This document shows, in pieces, positions 63,778 to 64,000 of a stretch of DNA of 64,000 bases (positions are counted from its first letter, which is position 1; every line of letters starts with the position of its first letter). Location: the NCBI RefSeq assembly GCF_020745735.1, contig NC_083435.1, forward strand, positions 36,605,090 to 36,669,089, given 5' to 3'. The translations under genes and the position numbers were made by a program. Under the pieces are notes generated by a model, which was not told the origin of the DNA, ran no database searches, and saw nothing but the letters and a program-made list of their open reading frames with translations. This DNA comes from Hemiscyllium ocellatum. Taxonomy: Eukaryota.

Positions 63778-64000
63778 TGTTACGTAAAAAGAATAACTCT
63801 GATAGTGAACATTAAACCAAAAAAAATTCACATATCCAAACCCACCCCCCCCCCGGTTCTCTTAATTTCTTACGATCTGACCCCAACTCTACAAATAAAA
63901 GCTATTCCAATAACACACTTATTAAACATTACTTTAACTTAACCTCAAGACCACATACCCTCTATCTTCTTCGGTGTCTTCAATCTTCCCCCTGCTGTTC
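63778..64000. mobile_element. Start of an LTR related to 9896-10701 (runs off the window)
   Basis: Begins tgttac; shares gtgaacattaa, acacttattaaa and tcggtgtctt blocks with 10050-10215. Confidence 0.5.

Overview
Vertebrate genomic DNA, most likely from a shark or other elasmobranch. This is inferred from the dominant repeat families: CR1-type LINEs, Penelope-like elements (PLE), V-SINE-like SINEs and Gypsy LTR remnants. Most of the window is decayed, nested retroelement sequence. Embedded in it, on the + strand, are remnants of a tandem cluster of divergent, nonclassical MHC class I genes. (i) An orphan 33-nt cytoplasmic-tail exon lies at 15617-15649. (ii) Copy 1 has alpha2 (22502-22777) and alpha3 (22895 into an N-gap) but no detectable alpha1. 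(iii) Copy 2 has a partial alpha1 duplicate (54710-54834), a frameshifted and stopped alpha1 (54862-55123), and intact alpha2 (57470-57745) and alpha3 (57863-58141). Both alpha2 domains lack the C101-C164 disulfide. The N-terminal peptide-anchoring residues are mostly lost while the C-terminal ones are mostly kept. The two copies lie in a ~2.7 kb duplication with patchwork divergence (about 3-4% versus 12-20%), suggesting exchange of the alpha2 block. Also seen: minimal hammerhead ribozymes in PLE termini, a 40-bp satellite with a 14-unit higher-order duplication, and several templated inverted micro-insertions. No leader or transmembrane exon was confidently found. All alignments, counts and repeat boundaries were made by eye and are approximate.
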